A stretch of 63,719 nt of DNA, filler included, from Candidatus Nanoarchaeia archaeon (GCA_035290625.1; 7 parts of 7 records of this genome joined end to end with filler, not necessarily neighbours in it), one strand, 5' to 3'; numbered from the whole stretch's first letter, positions 9,089-19,075 are shown. Notes: a model not told the origin generated them from the sequence alone. Numbers and translations: made by a program.

Positions 9089-11083
9089 CTATTCCAGCTG
9101 AACCTCACTCCACAGCCTCCAGTCATTGGAAGGGGCATATGCGCCTAAGATGAAATACGGAGGATAGGTTCTTCCGAAGTAGCCATGCTCGATATGAGCC
9201 CAGTTGTTCGGGCCTGAGGCGCTTCTCGGAACTCCTCCTACGCCATAGACATTGCTTCCAAAGTACCTCCAGGTCTTGAGCAGGCCATGGAAATCTCCCT
9301 GGTCGACAGAAGCGTCAGCTCCTGGCTCGACTGTCACAGCTCCTTTGTAGCCGTGCTTCTTCAGGACTGCCATGATCTCCTTGATTGGGGAAGATCCCTG
9401 GCCTGGAGCAAGGTGGTCGTCCTGGTAGCCAAAGTTGTCGCTGAGGTGCACATTGCCGATAAGCCTGTGCTGGGCGAGATCCTCCATCTGGTCAACAATC
9501 CAATGGTGGAAGCTCTTGTCATCTCCCTGGTAGTATTTTCTCCACATGTTGATATGGCCTGTGTCAATCGTGCCTTTGATGTGGGTTTCGGCTGCTTTTC
9601 TCGCCTGTTCCTCTGAATATCCCTTTTGCTGAAGGAGATCAGCCATTGCCTGCCTTGATCCAAGGATAAGGGTTTTCAGCTCCTGCGGATGGCCGCCATA
9701 GCTTTCAGGAAAGATGTGCTCCATGGTTACAACAATCGGCCGGGGCAGTCTTTTAACCTTTGTCTCCTCCATGGCGTAGATGCCTGCCTCTGCATAGGAG
9801 AGATAGCTTCGCTTCAATGCATATTTCTCTGCGCTGACAGCATGCTCCCGGATGATGCGCTGCTCCTCTGCATTCTGCTGTTGGCCTGTGACCATCTCCC
9901 TGTGATCTTCAATTCTCTGTCTCAGTCGTTGGATCTGCTCATCAAGGATTTCCAAAGGCATCTTGTATTCAGGAGGCAAAAACCCATGCGAGTCTGATTC
10001 TATACGCTTAAGCAGCTTCCATTTCTCCTCTTCAGATATCCCTGCTTCCACCTTTGCCTGGAAGTCCCTGGCTTTTTTTAGTTTTTCAAGACTTTCAAAC
10101 TCTTTGTCAAGGTCCTGCGCGTACGCTCCAGCCCAGCCCTTGGCGATTCTCTCCTGAGTCTCTGTGGTTGCAATCAGAAAGGTTTCCTCTGGAGTAAGCC
10201 GCTCATCAGGCAACAACTGCCTTCCAAGCTCTTTCTCCTTTTGCTTATTTCTCTCCTCTGCCTCCTTGACCATATCATCCCAAGACTGCCAGATAATCTC
10301 AAACCGATTCTCTGCCTTGTTGTATTTTGGAACACGGTCCTTAAATATGACTTTGTTCCCTTCGTAATCAACGTATTCATCTTTTTTTACAAAGATAGTC
10401 TCTCCTTTCCTTATTCCCAATGGATCATAATCCTTCTGAGAAACGTACTCATAGTCGTCTGGTGCCCTTTCCCACGCTGCTCGCGCAACAATCTGGTTCT
10501 TCCTGATCTGCTGGAGCACCTGGCCTGTTCTTGTGTCCACAAGAGCCTTGACAGCTTTTTCAGGCTCCTCATGGAATGACCTGAAGAGCTTTCCCCCTTC
10601 AGCCCAGGGCTCTTCTGAAATCGGGCGCTGGAACTCTCCTGTGTGGATCACCACAGAGCCTCCCCTGGCTGTGTCTGCTGCAAAATGGATTGCGCGCTTC
10701 ACCTCATCAACTGAGAACTTCCTGTGGCTGTCGTTGAAGTTTCCGTGCTGGTCCTGGCCTGCCATACCCCCAATCCTGAAGGTTGCATGCACATTGAAGT
10801 TTACCTCGTTTGCCCTGCCCATCTCCTCCAGGGCCTGCCTTGCTTCCCTGCCCCACATTTCAGGAGTCTGGGCATTCCGCTGGCCGCCTCCTGCTCCTGC
10901 AAACTGGATCTCGATGTTGCCAGTTCCCTGGCGTATCTTTGCATTAACTCCCTGGACATCTCCTGCTGCAATGCCCAAAGGAACGCTCATCCCTATATCC
11001 TTGATTCCTAATCCAAGGGAGCTGAGGCTGCCCTCGGGATTCTGCCTGTCCATGGAGTGGTAATAGCCTGTGTTAAATATCAT
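9089..11083 (-). CDS. Xylose-isomerase/AP-endonuclease-2-like TIM-barrel metalloenzyme with a large insertion
   Basis: VHA, HTGE, MEH, DTGH, HLSDNFG..DDHLAPGQG, TVE motifs; coiled-coil-rich insert of about 300 aa. Confidence 0.8.
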   Translation of the reverse strand: MIFNTGYYHSMDRQNPEGSLSSLGLGIKDIGMSVPLGIAAGDVQGVNAKIRQGTGNIEIQFAGAGGGQRNAQTPEMWGREARQALEEMGRANEVNFNVHATFRIGGMAGQDQHGNFNDSHRKFSVDEVKRAIHFAADTARGGSVVIHTGEFQRPISEEPWAEGGKLFRSFHEEPEKAVKALVDTRTGQVLQQIRKNQIVARAAWERAPDDYEYVSQKDYDPLGIRKGETIFVKKDEYVDYEGNKVIFKDRVPKYNKAENRFEIIWQSWDDMVKEAEERNKQKEKELGRQLLPDERLTPEETFLIATTETQERIAKGWAGAYAQDLDKEFESLEKLKKARDFQAKVEAGISEEEKWKLLKRIESDSHGFLPPEYKMPLEILDEQIQRLRQRIEDHREMVTGQQQNAEEQRIIREHAVSAEKYALKRSYLSYAEAGIYAMEETKVKRLPRPIVVTMEHIFPESYGGHPQELKTLILGSRQAMADLLQQKGYSEEQARKAAETHIKGTIDTGHINMWRKYYQGDDKSFHHWIVDQMEDLAQHRLIGNVHLSDNFGYQDDHLAPGQGSSPIKEIMAVLKKHGYKGAVTVEPGADASVDQGDFHGLLKTWRYFGSNVYGVGGVPRSASGPNNWAHIEHGYFGRTYPPYFILGAYAPSNDWRLWSEVQLE

Positions 11084-11652
11084 CCATGCCTCGTGTAGCC
11101 TGTTCCTGTAGCCCTATCTGTAGACCTATATAAGGATTTTGCAATGCTCTCGCCAATATTGAGGAGCTCAGAAATGTTTTCGCCGGTCGCATAGGTTCCC
11201 TGCGCCATCGCTTCCCGCCTTTCTTCAAACTCCTTATTGAGCGTATAGGCCTCTCTGCGCTCATCTTCGCTGATGTAGCCCTTCTGGCTGACATGCTCCT
11301 GGAGGTGTGATGCTGCAGCATAGAGGCGCTCTGTCCTCATGCCATGGACATAGTCTTTGTCAAGCAGCCTTCGCTCCTCAGCAATGGCCTGGTCTGAGAT
11401 GCTCTGCTGGGCAACCGTCTCCTCAAGCGGGGCAGCGGCCTCTTCCCTCACAAGCGAGGAAATGCTTCGCTCCTCCTCGCGGCTGGACCTCTGCTGCTGG
11501 ATGCTGTCCTGGATCTCCCTCTCTGAAGCGCTCAATACCTTCTTTGCCTTCGCAAGCTCCTGGGTTTCCTTCTCAATGAGCTTCTTCAGCTCCTCGATGC
11601 GGCGGTCAGCAGGAAGCTTCTTCAGGGCGTCCAGGCCCGATTCCTTGGCCAT
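11080..11652 (-). CDS. Coiled-coil hypothetical protein
   Basis: Likely start MAKESG at 11652 behind a TATA box; stop overlaps the next start (ATGA). The longer ORF call is read-through from repeat R3. Confidence 0.75.
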   Translation of the reverse strand: MAKESGLDALKKLPADRRIEELKKLIEKETQELAKAKKVLSASEREIQDSIQQQRSSREEERSISSLVREEAAAPLEETVAQQSISDQAIAEERRLLDKDYVHGMRTERLYAAASHLQEHVSQKGYISEDERREAYTLNKEFEERREAMAQGTYATGENISELLNIGESIAKSLYRSTDRATGTGYTRHG

Positions 11653-11696
11653 GCGAAGGCAGTATCCTTTGAGGTATATATTGGTTTCTGAAACAT

Positions 11697-11902
11697 GGTT
11701 GCATTGAAAAGTTGCTCGCTTCGCTCGGCAACGCCAGTACTCAAAAATGCTTCGCATTTTTGGTCGCTCCTTCGGAGCATTTCGCCATGCGCAAGTCAGG
11801 CAGAACCGCGGCATTCCCCGAAGGTGGCAACTCCCTTGTCGTTCTGCTGTCTTATTTTAAGATGGCTCACGAGAGGGCGCTGCATGACTTTTCAATGCAA
11901 CC
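11697..11902 (-). mobile_element. Structured MITE-like element, copy R3
   Basis: Perfect 16-bp TIR ggttgcattgaaaagt/acttttcaatgcaacc; 8-bp direct repeat tgaaacat at 11689-11696 and 11903-11910. Confidence 0.9.
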
Positions 11903-11916
11903 TGAAACATAGAGAA

Positions 11917-12234
11917 CTAGTACCCCAGACTGAAACTTTTCAGGGCTTTCGCAATCTCCTCATCCATGATCTCAAACTTCCGGTCATCCAAGAACTCTTT
12001 TTCCTCCAATTCCTTGCGGAGTTTTGTTTTCAGCCTCTTTCTTATTTTTTCCTTATCCTCTCTATTCCAATTCTGCCTCATCCCGACAGTTTCAGCTTCC
12101 TTCATTATGATTTCAGCATCTTTAGCGTATTTTGCAGCATAGAACTCATTTTTATTTACTTGGGAGCCTATATGGTGCCTCAAAGCCTTTGCCATCAAAT
12201 TTACCAATTCCTGAATATCGCTCTTTTTCCCCAT
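11917..12234 (-). CDS. Small helical hypothetical protein
   Basis: 105-aa charged ORF downstream of the AbrB-MNT gene. Confidence 0.7.
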   Translation of the reverse strand: MGKKSDIQELVNLMAKALRHHIGSQVNKNEFYAAKYAKDAEIIMKEAETVGMRQNWNREDKEKIRKRLKTKLRKELEEKEFLDDRKFEIMDEEIAKALKSFSLGY

Positions 12235-12302
12235 TTTGATGATTTTTGAATTGATCCTCGTTGATTGGGATTATAATGGAGGTCGTTAATTTTTAATATT
12301 CT

Positions 12303-13088
12303 TCAGTCTCTCATTAGCTCTTCAATAGTCCCTAATTTTGTCTTTATTATTCCTCTTAAAAACTCAAGTGCGCTCTTCTCAAGCCTTTCGTTGGATCGCA
12401 TCATATTGTAGGTGTGCTCTTTTACCAATCTTTTTAGTTCTTTATTTATTGATGCCCCCTCTAAACTTTGGTTCCTCAGAAAACGCTCAATCGTTATCAA
12501 TCGCCTTATACTGTCAAAAAATGCCCTGCCCCTGAGGTCAATCTCGAGCATATCGTAGGGCATCATGAGGAGGAATCGTAAGTGCCTCTCATCAACCGCC
12601 TTTTCGGGGGGCAGCACTAATGGGTGATTGCATATAAACCTGCTGAACATAGACCGTGTCAATGGGCATACTTTTAGCAGATCCCAGAATTTCTTCTCTT
12701 CTATGGCAAGCACATGGAATTTAAGATTGATGTTTTCGATTAATTTGCCATATGCTTCATCTTCAAGCCGGTGATCCGTTTTGCTTGTGATGAGGACGAC
12801 ATCGATATCATTATAATCAATTTTCTCGGTCAAAAAAGATCCGACTATGGCTATGAAACAAACATCCGCCTCCTTTACCAAGGAAAATACATTTTTAACG
12901 ACATTTTCTTTGAACGGCGTCAACTTCTTCAGACCATGGGAGTAATGCAACTGGCTCTGCTTCCTCACCAGTCTCACTTCCACTTCATCCCCCACTTCAA
13001 TGAGGTTCTCCATATGCTTCGGGACATAAATCTGGTTGAACCTGCTGCCTTTGGATACGGTTTTCCTGAAGGTTTCCATAGTACGCAT
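12303..13088 (-). CDS. AbrB-like DNA-binding domain fused to a minimal nucleotidyltransferase
   Basis: N-terminal QIYVPK...IEVGDEVEVRL; GSFLTEKIDYNDIDVV. Confidence 0.7.
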   Translation of the reverse strand: MRTMETFRKTVSKGSRFNQIYVPKHMENLIEVGDEVEVRLVRKQSQLHYSHGLKKLTPFKENVVKNVFSLVKEADVCFIAIVGSFLTEKIDYNDIDVVLITSKTDHRLEDEAYGKLIENINLKFHVLAIEEKKFWDLLKVCPLTRSMFSRFICNHPLVLPPEKAVDERHLRFLLMMPYDMLEIDLRGRAFFDSIRRLITIERFLRNQSLEGASINKELKRLVKEHTYNMMRSNERLEKSALEFLRGIIKTKLGTIEELMRD

Positions 13089-13289
13089 CTAATACGTATT
13101 AGTATAAAAGGTTTTTGGTTTTTACCATACATCTCTGGTATCCTTTGAAGCATATATTGGTTTCTGTAAAACCGGCTCCTAAATCTGATTTGCGGAGATA
13201 CGCGATCTTCGGGGCATTTGAAAGGAAGATTTTGAACGCAGCCTACGCATTCAGAAAATAATATATACCCCCTATGCCATGTTTGCAGT

Positions 13290-14495
13290 ATGGCAGAGGT
13301 GTTATCAATTTTTCTGGCGATAAGCGTTGTGATTTTCTTTGGGTTCATTGCTGAGTTTCTGTTCAAAAGGCTTAGAATCCCTGACGTTCTGTTCTTGATC
13401 GTCTTTGGGCTCATCTTAGGCCCTTATAGCCTGGGGCTCGTGTTTCCGGAGTCACTGGAGCCTGTGGCTCCCGCCTTTACAACATTTGCGCTGTTGTTCC
13501 TGCTCTTTGACGGGGCATTTACTATGGACTTACGCTCTTTTGCCAAGGGATTGGGCAGAGGCGTGCTTATTGCTGTATATAATTTTGGAGTTTCTGCAGC
13601 TGCGATTACGGGCGTGGGGATGCTTTTTGGATTCGGTGCCTTGTATAGCCTGCTTCTTGGCGTGATCTTGGGCGGGATCTCTTCGGCATTTGTCATTCCA
13701 ATAATACAGAATCTTAAGATAAAGAAGGAGACTTACTCTATCCTCACCCTGGAATCTGCGATCACTGACGTGCTCTGCATTGTTTTTGCCATTACCGTGA
13801 TGCAGATCATAACCTTGCATACATTCAGCCTCGAATTTGTTGCCAGCACGTTAGCAAGCCTGTTTGCTGTGGCTGGATTCTTCGGAGTGATTGCTGGAAC
13901 CTTCTGGATTGTCATCATTAGCAAGGTTTTCAAGAAAAACAAATCCTATATGCTTACGATTGCGTATTTGCTTCTTCTCTATACTGTGACAGAATATTTG
14001 AATGGAAACGGTGCGATCGCAACGCTCTTTTTCGGCCTGGTCCTGCGCAACTCAAAAAAACTCACTTCGCTGATCAAAGGCAGCCATGCGACTTCGGTGA
14101 TTACACCAACTGAGGAATTGTTTTATTCCCAGATATCATTCTTTTTGAAGACCTTCTTCTTCGTCTATATTGGCGTATTGCTGGATTTCTCGGATAGCAC
14201 GGCATTGATGATTGGCGCGATTATAGCGGTTGTTGTGATGTTCCTGAGAACTAGCTCATCAATTCTGACGAGGCAGCTTGCACCCTATGATGCAAAAGTA
14301 GTGCAGTCGCTTTTTGCGCGCGGACTGGCTGCGGCAGTCTTAGGGCAATTGGCAATCCAGTATCATCTCCAGGATGCTGAGCTCCTGGCAAAGATCATAT
14401 TCTCAGCGATCGTGTTTACCATCGTCTTGAGCTCACTGAAGGTATTTTGGGTCAGCAGACCTACTCGGCATAAAGCAATACTTCAGCCAGATTGA
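13290..14495 (+). CDS. Cation:proton antiporter (CPA1/NhaP-like)
   Basis: Many TM segments; IPDVLFLI, LFDG, LESAITDVL, FFFVYIG, RGLAAAVL. Confidence 0.9.
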   Translation: MAEVLSIFLAISVVIFFGFIAEFLFKRLRIPDVLFLIVFGLILGPYSLGLVFPESLEPVAPAFTTFALLFLLFDGAFTMDLRSFAKGLGRGVLIAVYNFGVSAAAITGVGMLFGFGALYSLLLGVILGGISSAFVIPIIQNLKIKKETYSILTLESAITDVLCIVFAITVMQIITLHTFSLEFVASTLASLFAVAGFFGVIAGTFWIVIISKVFKKNKSYMLTIAYLLLLYTVTEYLNGNGAIATLFFGLVLRNSKKLTSLIKGSHATSVITPTEELFYSQISFFLKTFFFVYIGVLLDFSDSTALMIGAIIAVVVMFLRTSSSILTRQLAPYDAKVVQSLFARGLAAAVLGQLAIQYHLQDAELLAKIIFSAIVFTIVLSSLKVFWVSRPTRHKAILQPD

Positions 14496-15753
14496 GAATC
14501 TTAACATCTCCTGTTGGGACATCTGATCGGTACGCCAATGCCAGGCCGCAGGCGCGAAAGAGGCACTCATCGGTCTTCCCGTCCCCAACAGCGACGCATT
14601 CTTCCGGCTTGACGTCCAAACGTTCCATGAGATCTTTAGCAGCATACGCTTTGCAAAGAATCCTGTCACAGCACTTTGAGTGATACCGCGTTTTTGCTAT
14701 TACTTCTCCGGTGCATATTCCGTCCTTGTCAAATACAAGCCGCGGGCAGATGACGTTACTGGCATCTACACCTATCTTCTCTGCAAAATATTCAACAACA
14801 GGAGAGAACGCCACAGAGATAATCCCCACCCGGTATTGCCTTCTCTTAAGCAAGTCAATAACCTTTGCCGTAGTCCTTCTCAGATGAATATTCCTGCATG
14901 CATCTTCAATCTCCATTCTTGTTTTTCCTTTGAGGATCTGCGCAAGTGCAAGGGTGATCTCATGGTCTTTTATCCTTTTCTTACGATGGAGATTGCGCAA
15001 TCGCTGGAGCTCGGCGCTAAACCCCATCTCCTTGCCAAGCACTTCAATGCTGCTTTCCCTCACCAAGGTGTTGTCAAAATCAAATACTACCAGCTTATGC
15101 TTGTTTGCTATGATTCCTAATTCGGACAGAATTGTCTTTATGACCTGCTCTGACATCACTGTAAGGCTTTCCAGAGGCTGCTTTTTGTGGATTAAGTTCC
15201 CAATATCGACCTCAGCTATTCTCACTCCCTTCTTAACCAGCTGAAGCAATATTTGAATATCAACTCCCCAAGCATCGTCGATACGCAATTCGTCTGCCAA
15301 ACCCCTCTTCATTGCGAACTGGCCGCTCAATGGCTGGCTGAAATGCATAAATGGGAAAACTACCCTAAAAAGCGGCTTCACCACAAGCTCTGTCACCCTC
15401 CCCCTTGCCCTCGTAAAAGAGGTTTTAACAAAATCGGCATCATCGTTCTTCAGAGGCTGCAGAATGGCTGCAATGTTCTTTGGAGATATCGAATAGAGAT
15501 CCGCATCTAAGAACAGCAGGATGTCCCCTTTGGCATGCGAAATGCCTGTTTTTATTGCAGCACCTTTTCCCATGTTGCGTGCATGCCTGGCAACGGTAAC
15601 GCCTTCTGATTTTGCGAGCCTGTACGTATTGTCTGTGGAACCATCATCAACAACGATAATTTCATGTATGGTTCTCACTTTCTTGGCATTCCTCAGGACA
15701 TTAACAATGGTGGATTCCTCGTTATAGGCGGGAATGATGCAGCTGACCTTCAT
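14461..15753 (-). CDS. GT2 glycosyltransferase (GpgS-like) fused to a SerB-like HAD phosphatase
   Basis: IPAYNEE, VVDDGS, FLDAD, GRVTELVVKPL, QPLSGQ; then FDFDNTL and VGDGKTD. Confidence 0.85.
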   Translation of the reverse strand: MKVSCIIPAYNEESTIVNVLRNAKKVRTIHEIIVVDDGSTDNTYRLAKSEGVTVARHARNMGKGAAIKTGISHAKGDILLFLDADLYSISPKNIAAILQPLKNDDADFVKTSFTRARGRVTELVVKPLFRVVFPFMHFSQPLSGQFAMKRGLADELRIDDAWGVDIQILLQLVKKGVRIAEVDIGNLIHKKQPLESLTVMSEQVIKTILSELGIIANKHKLVVFDFDNTLVRESSIEVLGKEMGFSAELQRLRNLHRKKRIKDHEITLALAQILKGKTRMEIEDACRNIHLRRTTAKVIDLLKRRQYRVGIISVAFSPVVEYFAEKIGVDASNVICPRLVFDKDGICTGEVIAKTRYHSKCCDRILCKAYAAKDLMERLDVKPEECVAVGDGKTDECLFRACGLALAYRSDVPTGDVKILNLAEVLLYAE

Positions 15754-15882
15754 AAGACAGAAAAAAAATAGAGTTTATTTAAAGGTTACGCAATGGTTTT
15801 CCAATCGAAGCACGCCAAGCACAGCAGAAAGTGCGCTTTATAAAACAGCACTTTTTTATACTCCTGAGATTCGGGCTTAGCC

Positions 15883-17781
15883 ATGCGAGAAAAGAGGGGG
15901 CAGTCTGCAGTGGAGCTGATGATCATTCTTGCTGTGGGCTTGGTTGTCTTATTGGGCATTATGGGGCTGTTTTTTGACGTTGAGACAAACGTTTCAGGCC
16001 AGGTGGAGCAGAGAAAAGCGAGGAATGCTGTTGATAGCCTTGCAGATGCCGCTGAGATGGTGTACCAGCAGGGAGAAGGAAGCAGGACACGGGTGTATGT
16101 CAGTTTCCCTGAGGAAGTGAATTACATCAACATCACCAACAACCTGATTCTGATGAACCTGTATGTTGGAGGGAAGGAGAGGAACGTCTACCGGAGCCTG
16201 GGCTTCAACCTTTCAGGAGCGTTTCCGGTAACTCCCGGCAATGCTTACCTGTATGTGGAGTCCAAGGCTTCCTCTGTCGTCATAAGCCAGAACATCGTTT
16301 CTGATACCAGCGAATGCGGAAATAACCTTCAGGAATCCGGAGAAGTATGCGACGGAACAGACCTTGCAGGAGAGAGCTGCGCTTCACAGGGGTACAGCAG
16401 CGGAACGCTTGCTTGCCAAGCAGGATGCCTTGCGTTTGGCACAAGCAGCTGCGTGATAACAACAACCACAACACTGCAGCTTGCAGGCCAAAGCTGTTCA
16501 GCTGCTGCGGGCGAAACAACGAATGGAACGTATCCTGACAATTGCGATGGAACGTATCCTGGAGCATGCCTCTCTGATGCAGCCGGATGCGATGACGGGC
16601 AGTATGAGGATCATAATGCAGGCAATCTGCAATACTGCGGAGTGCAATTGAGCTATTCCAGCTCCTCTGTCAATGACTGCAACTCGATACTGGATGTTGA
16701 GGTCTGCTTCCAGTGGTATATCACTGCTTCTGGGCCAACAGACTGCTCGATCCAGGTTGCAAGGGATTTTGAGCAATGGACGCTTGTCAAGGATGATTAC
16801 AACGGCGCTGAGGCAAACAATGTTGTGGATTTAGCGGCCCATCCAAACGGCAATCTTTACCTTGTTGAGGATGACAAGGAGGTATGGCAGTCAGCCGATA
16901 AAGGCATGTCCTGGACAAAGATCGAGAATGACTACAGCGGCGAGAGCAATTCACCGCTTTATCTTGCGGGTTCCCCTAATGGCAATCTTTACATTGCTGA
17001 AGGAGACGAGGATATCTGGATCTCTAAGAATAATGGCCTAATCTGGACAAAGGCAGCAGCGAATATGAACGGAGCAGGAGGGGATATCATGGGCATGGCA
17101 TCAAATTCAAGCAATGCATTGTTTGTTGTTGACAACAAAGCTGATGTCTATGCCTCTACTAATAATGCCTCAACATGGACTCTGGTGAACTCTGACTATA
17201 GCGGAGCTGACACAGATTCAGGAACTGCAGACATGACCGCTGATGACAATGATTTCCTGTATATTTTAAGGGATCAGGATGTCTATCGCTCTACAGATTC
17301 TGGGTCCACATGGAGCAAAATCAATGATGATTTCAACGGAGCAGGGGATAGCAATAGCGGCCATGCGATTGCTGATGGCAACAACAGCCTCTTCATCATC
17401 GACGGAAGCCAGGATACTTTCAAGTCAGGAGACAATGGAACAACTTGGGAGCTTATGACCTCTGATATGAATGGAGCGAATGGAAATGTTGTTGGGTTTG
17501 ATTCTGAGATCGGGGTATTGTATGCTGTTGACACGGTCTCAGATGTCTGGAACGCTACTGATGTTGGGCCCCAATGGGCTGACGTCAACAATACGTGTTA
17601 TACCTCAGAGCCTTCTGCAACCTTCTGCCAGAATGTGACTTCGCTGTATGGATGGGGATGCAATGACTTTTTCGGATCAGGCATTGACGGATCGCATCTC
17701 AGGCATCAGGCGAGAAGCAACCAGGGAAGCAAGCAGTGCCTGATTGATGAACTCTATTACAATGTGACGTACGTATCATGA
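15883..17781 (+). CDS. Large class III signal-peptide (pilin-like) protein with a Cys-rich region and BNR/Asp-box repeats
   Basis: KRG/QSAVEL; CGNNLQESGEVCDG; SADKGMSW, SKNNGLIW, STNNASTW, STDSGSTW, SGDNGTTW. Confidence 0.85.
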   Translation: MREKRGQSAVELMIILAVGLVVLLGIMGLFFDVETNVSGQVEQRKARNAVDSLADAAEMVYQQGEGSRTRVYVSFPEEVNYINITNNLILMNLYVGGKERNVYRSLGFNLSGAFPVTPGNAYLYVESKASSVVISQNIVSDTSECGNNLQESGEVCDGTDLAGESCASQGYSSGTLACQAGCLAFGTSSCVITTTTTLQLAGQSCSAAAGETTNGTYPDNCDGTYPGACLSDAAGCDDGQYEDHNAGNLQYCGVQLSYSSSSVNDCNSILDVEVCFQWYITASGPTDCSIQVARDFEQWTLVKDDYNGAEANNVVDLAAHPNGNLYLVEDDKEVWQSADKGMSWTKIENDYSGESNSPLYLAGSPNGNLYIAEGDEDIWISKNNGLIWTKAAANMNGAGGDIMGMASNSSNALFVVDNKADVYASTNNASTWTLVNSDYSGADTDSGTADMTADDNDFLYILRDQDVYRSTDSGSTWSKINDDFNGAGDSNSGHAIADGNNSLFIIDGSQDTFKSGDNGTTWELMTSDMNGANGNVVGFDSEIGVLYAVDTVSDVWNATDVGPQWADVNNTCYTSEPSATFCQNVTSLYGWGCNDFFGSGIDGSHLRHQARSNQGSKQCLIDELYYNVTYVS

Positions 17782-18173
17782 AAGCGCAAGTCTCAACAGA
17801 TTTTATGATTGCCTTAGGGATAGCTTTGATTGTTCTTGTAGGAATCTTTGTTGCGGCTGACAAGAGGGATACCTCTTTTGAGGCGCATTCAACAAGGCTG
17901 TACGCAAAGCAGAAAGCGGATCAGGTCGCTTCCCTCATCAACCAGGTGCATTTGGCAGGGCAAGGAGCGAATGCGACGCTTGAGCAAGGAGCAACGCTGC
18001 AGGACGGGACACCATATTCGATGATGGTGTATCCTTCTTCCCGGAGGATTGTGATAGCATATGGCTCAAGGGAGTATGCTACCTCCCTTCTCACAAAGAA
18101 CATATCCGGGAATCTTAAGGGGTTGAATTCGACACTTACGATTCGGAATACCGGGGGGATCGTGATTGAATAG
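17778..18173 (+). CDS. Pilin-like protein, class III signal peptide
   Basis: MKA/QVSTDF followed by a hydrophobic helix. Confidence 0.8.
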   Translation: MKAQVSTDFMIALGIALIVLVGIFVAADKRDTSFEAHSTRLYAKQKADQVASLINQVHLAGQGANATLEQGATLQDGTPYSMMVYPSSRRIVIAYGSREYATSLLTKNISGNLKGLNSTLTIRNTGGIVIE

Positions 18174-18684
18174 AGCACAGGTGTTTTCCCTGGATCTTGT
18201 CATCGCGTTTCTTGTATTTATAGGGATACTGCTCTCATCGTTTGTTATCGGAGATTATACCACTGAGAATCTGGAGCAAAGGGAGATACGGACAGAGCTT
18301 GAGCTTGCATCCATCTACGCCTTGTCAGCATTGATTGAGACTCCCGGAGTTCCTGCAAATTGGAGCTCTGATCCCTCAAATCTAACCTCGTTGGGTATTT
18401 CAAAGAATAATTCATATAGCCTCACCTTTGACGGTCCCTGGGTCATCGATGAAAAGAAGATTTTCTCACTGAATGAATCAAATTACAATCAAACAAAATC
18501 TAGCCTTGGCCTGGATGCATATAATTTCAGCGTGACCCTGAACACCTATAATGGAAGCGAATATACCTTCAACTATTCTCTTGGAGCCAATGTTTCAGGT
18601 GATGAGGTATTGCAGCTCAGGAGGTATGCATTGTTGAATGGAGACTGGGCAGAGGTTATCCTGAAGGTGAGCCTCCTTGGATAA
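18166..18684 (+). CDS. Pilin-like protein, class III signal peptide
   Basis: NRA/QVFSLDL, TPGVPANW; TTG start overlaps the upstream gene. Confidence 0.8.
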   Translation: MNRAQVFSLDLVIAFLVFIGILLSSFVIGDYTTENLEQREIRTELELASIYALSALIETPGVPANWSSDPSNLTSLGISKNNSYSLTFDGPWVIDEKKIFSLNESNYNQTKSSLGLDAYNFSVTLNTYNGSEYTFNYSLGANVSGDEVLQLRRYALLNGDWAEVILKVSLLG

Positions 18685-19075
18685 GAACGGATTTATCTTC
18701 ACCCTGGATGCTTTGCTTGCGGTCTTGATAGGGGGGATCCTGATTACCTCAACGTATGTGTTGCTCAGCGGAGGCTCTCCCTCCTCTGCCAGGCAGAATC
18801 TCTACCAGGTTGCATTGGACAGCTTAACAGTTCTGGAGAAGGATCACACATTGGCAGATGCTATTGAAACTTCCAGCAACGCTGATCTGGATAATTTTCT
18901 GGATGCGCTGCCTGTTCATATTTGCGGAAACATTACGTTGTATAGGAACACCACTGCAGGCGTCCTGTCAAGCCAGGGAGACTGCGCGGTTTCAGATCCG
19001 GTGGTTGCAAGGAGGATATTTGTCACAGACTTCACCAGCTATTATGCTGAAGCGAGAATGGGGTTTAGATCATGA
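18677..19075 (+). CDS. Pilin-like protein, class III signal peptide
   Basis: KNG/FIFTLDALLA; GGTGA RBS. Confidence 0.8.
   Translation: MDKNGFIFTLDALLAVLIGGILITSTYVLLSGGSPSSARQNLYQVALDSLTVLEKDHTLADAIETSSNADLDNFLDALPVHICGNITLYRNTTAGVLSSQGDCAVSDPVVARRIFVTDFTSYYAEARMGFRS

Noticed and set aside
11653..11814. Shared N-terminal peptide (FCLxCAWR...WRCRAKRAxFQC) on ORFs 11080, 21101 and 55573
   Set aside because: It is the repeat element read in frame; true starts lie downstream of TATA boxes at 11652, 21967 and 56880
11697..11902. HDV-like or hammerhead ribozyme in the repeats
   Set aside because: GGCGAA resembles the HDV J4/2 strand, but there is no room for P1/P3/L3, and there is no CUGANGA core
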